Part shown: positions 62,742-64,000 of the stretch, one piece after another
How positions within the stretch are numbered: the stretch's first letter is position 1
Layout of the letters: every line of letters begins with the position of its first letter
Assembly (NCBI GenBank): GCA_963693365.1
Contig: CAVNZM010000001.1
Span: forward strand, 21,088,125-21,152,124
Direction of reading: 5' to 3'
From: Amoebidium appalachense
Lineage: Eukaryota; Protista; Ichthyosporea
Length of the DNA: 64,000 nucleotides
The notes under the pieces: model-generated
The model's database searches: none
What the model saw: only the letters and a program-made list of their open reading frames with translations
Told to the model about the DNA's origin: nothing
Program-made: the position numbers and the translations under genes

Positions 62742-63629
62742 CTAGAGCATGCTGTGTGAGTGCATGTGCCAGTCCAGGAAGTCCAAATTGTCCATGCTGT
62801 CGAGCTCAAAGTGCTCCAGCCCCAGCTCCAGCCCTGGGGACAGCTGGCCCTGGCCCCCCTCCTCCCCCGTGCTGCTGACTGACGTGGGTGACGCCGTCTC
62901 AAATGCCGACAGGGGGGAGCCCTCCCCTGTGCGTTCCGTGTCCTGCACGGCCAGCAGGGGGGGCAGGCTGAATGTGGGCCCTGTGGGGGTGGTGGCGGGG
63001 TCGGGGCTGTGGGCTGGCAGCTGAGGCTCACCGACCACCGAGGGGTCAGCTGGGCCGGTCAGGCCTTGTGAGGGGAAGGTGTCCAGGTGCGCAAACAGCT
63101 CGCCCTCCCGTGTGACCGTTATGTTGCTGGGTGGTGGCCGGTCAGGGGCCAAGGTGAAGGAGAAGGCGCCCGTGATGTGGCTCTTGCCGGCTGAGCCGGT
63201 GCGTGCGGGGTTCATGGCGGCCAGCAGGCGCTGGTGCTCTAGGAGGATCAGCTGCTCCTGCAGACATTCCTGCTGCCGGCTCATCTCCATGTGCTGCTGC
63301 CTGCACGTGCAACCGGTCAGCAATGCAGCAGGCCACAGCCTACCAGTGCGTCCTCAGCACAACCAACTCGACCAAGCACTGCAAGCCCCCCCCCCCCAAC
63401 CCCAACCCCCACCCCGCCACCACCACAACACACACACAAAAAAAAAACCACCCAGCCTTTTTTCTTTCTCCCCCCCCACACCTTTGTGTGCATTTACCTC
63501 AACCAACTGCCGTCTCGTCCTTCTCCCTCTAAAAATAGTCGAATCTTAAAGGAGTCACTTCCATTGTGAGCTGACGTGCATATCTGTCATGCTTGTTTGT
63601 GCATACTACCGACTGATGTACTCATGTAC

Positions 63630-63728
<99 letters not shown>

Positions 63729-63878
63729 TGGTGAGAACCATCCCAGTGCTAGTGCATGCACCCATGGGGGCCATGGCTGTGGCCGTTACCTTGACTGCTG
63801 GGAGATGAGGGCCAGTTCGTTCTTGTGCAGACTCGGGTCGATGACCAGCGCCCCATTTGGTATCACCCTGTGTGTGCC
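62742..63878 (-). CDS. 3' part of an unknown gene (exons about 63878-63790 and 63300-62742); upstream exons lie outside the window
   Basis: Phase-2 GT-AG join gives ...LHKNELALISQQSRQQHMEMSRQQECLQEQLILLEHQR..., then a Pro/Ser/Thr-rich region and an acidic-hydrophobic tail (LEHFELDSMDNLDFLDW) resembling an activation domain. Confidence 0.65.
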
Positions 63879-64000
63879 CTGTGAGCAAAAAAGACCCCCA
63901 AATTGCGCAAGAACAATAAACCCACACGGGGGTTCTAAGAATGCCCACGTTTAATTTGCCCCCCCCCCCCCCCCCCCCCCCCCAAAACACACACACACAC

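Overview
Intron-rich eukaryotic nuclear DNA. Gene content suggests a unicellular opisthokont or holozoan, but that is an inference. Most ORFs in the supplied track are artefacts of (CA)/(TG), (CT)/(GA) and poly-G/poly-C tracts. Joining GT-AG exons by hand gives eight apparently complete genes and one partial gene: an RBR-type E3 ligase with an NZF-like finger where the IBR should be (-), an 8-exon type I membrane protein with a mucin-like stalk and PPxY tail (+), a patatin-like lipase (-), an intronless MpaB/DUF2236-like oxygenase (-) head-to-head with PIGO/GPI13 (+), an intronless Con7-like C2H2 factor (-), a Tim17-family gene (+), a stand-alone CASP/Coy1 golgin (-), and the 3' end of an unknown gene (-). 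Intergenic DNA holds several non-autonomous TIR elements, including a 51-bp element with perfect 18-bp TIRs and an 8-bp TSD. It also holds TATA/CCAAT promoter clusters and an AT-rich degenerate coding-like block. The most unusual signals concern splicing: acceptors preceded by (CA)n instead of a polypyrimidine tract, and intron-specific minisatellites built from splice signals. No rRNA, tRNA or CRISPR array was found. Sequence near homopolymers looks error-prone, so fine details need read support.
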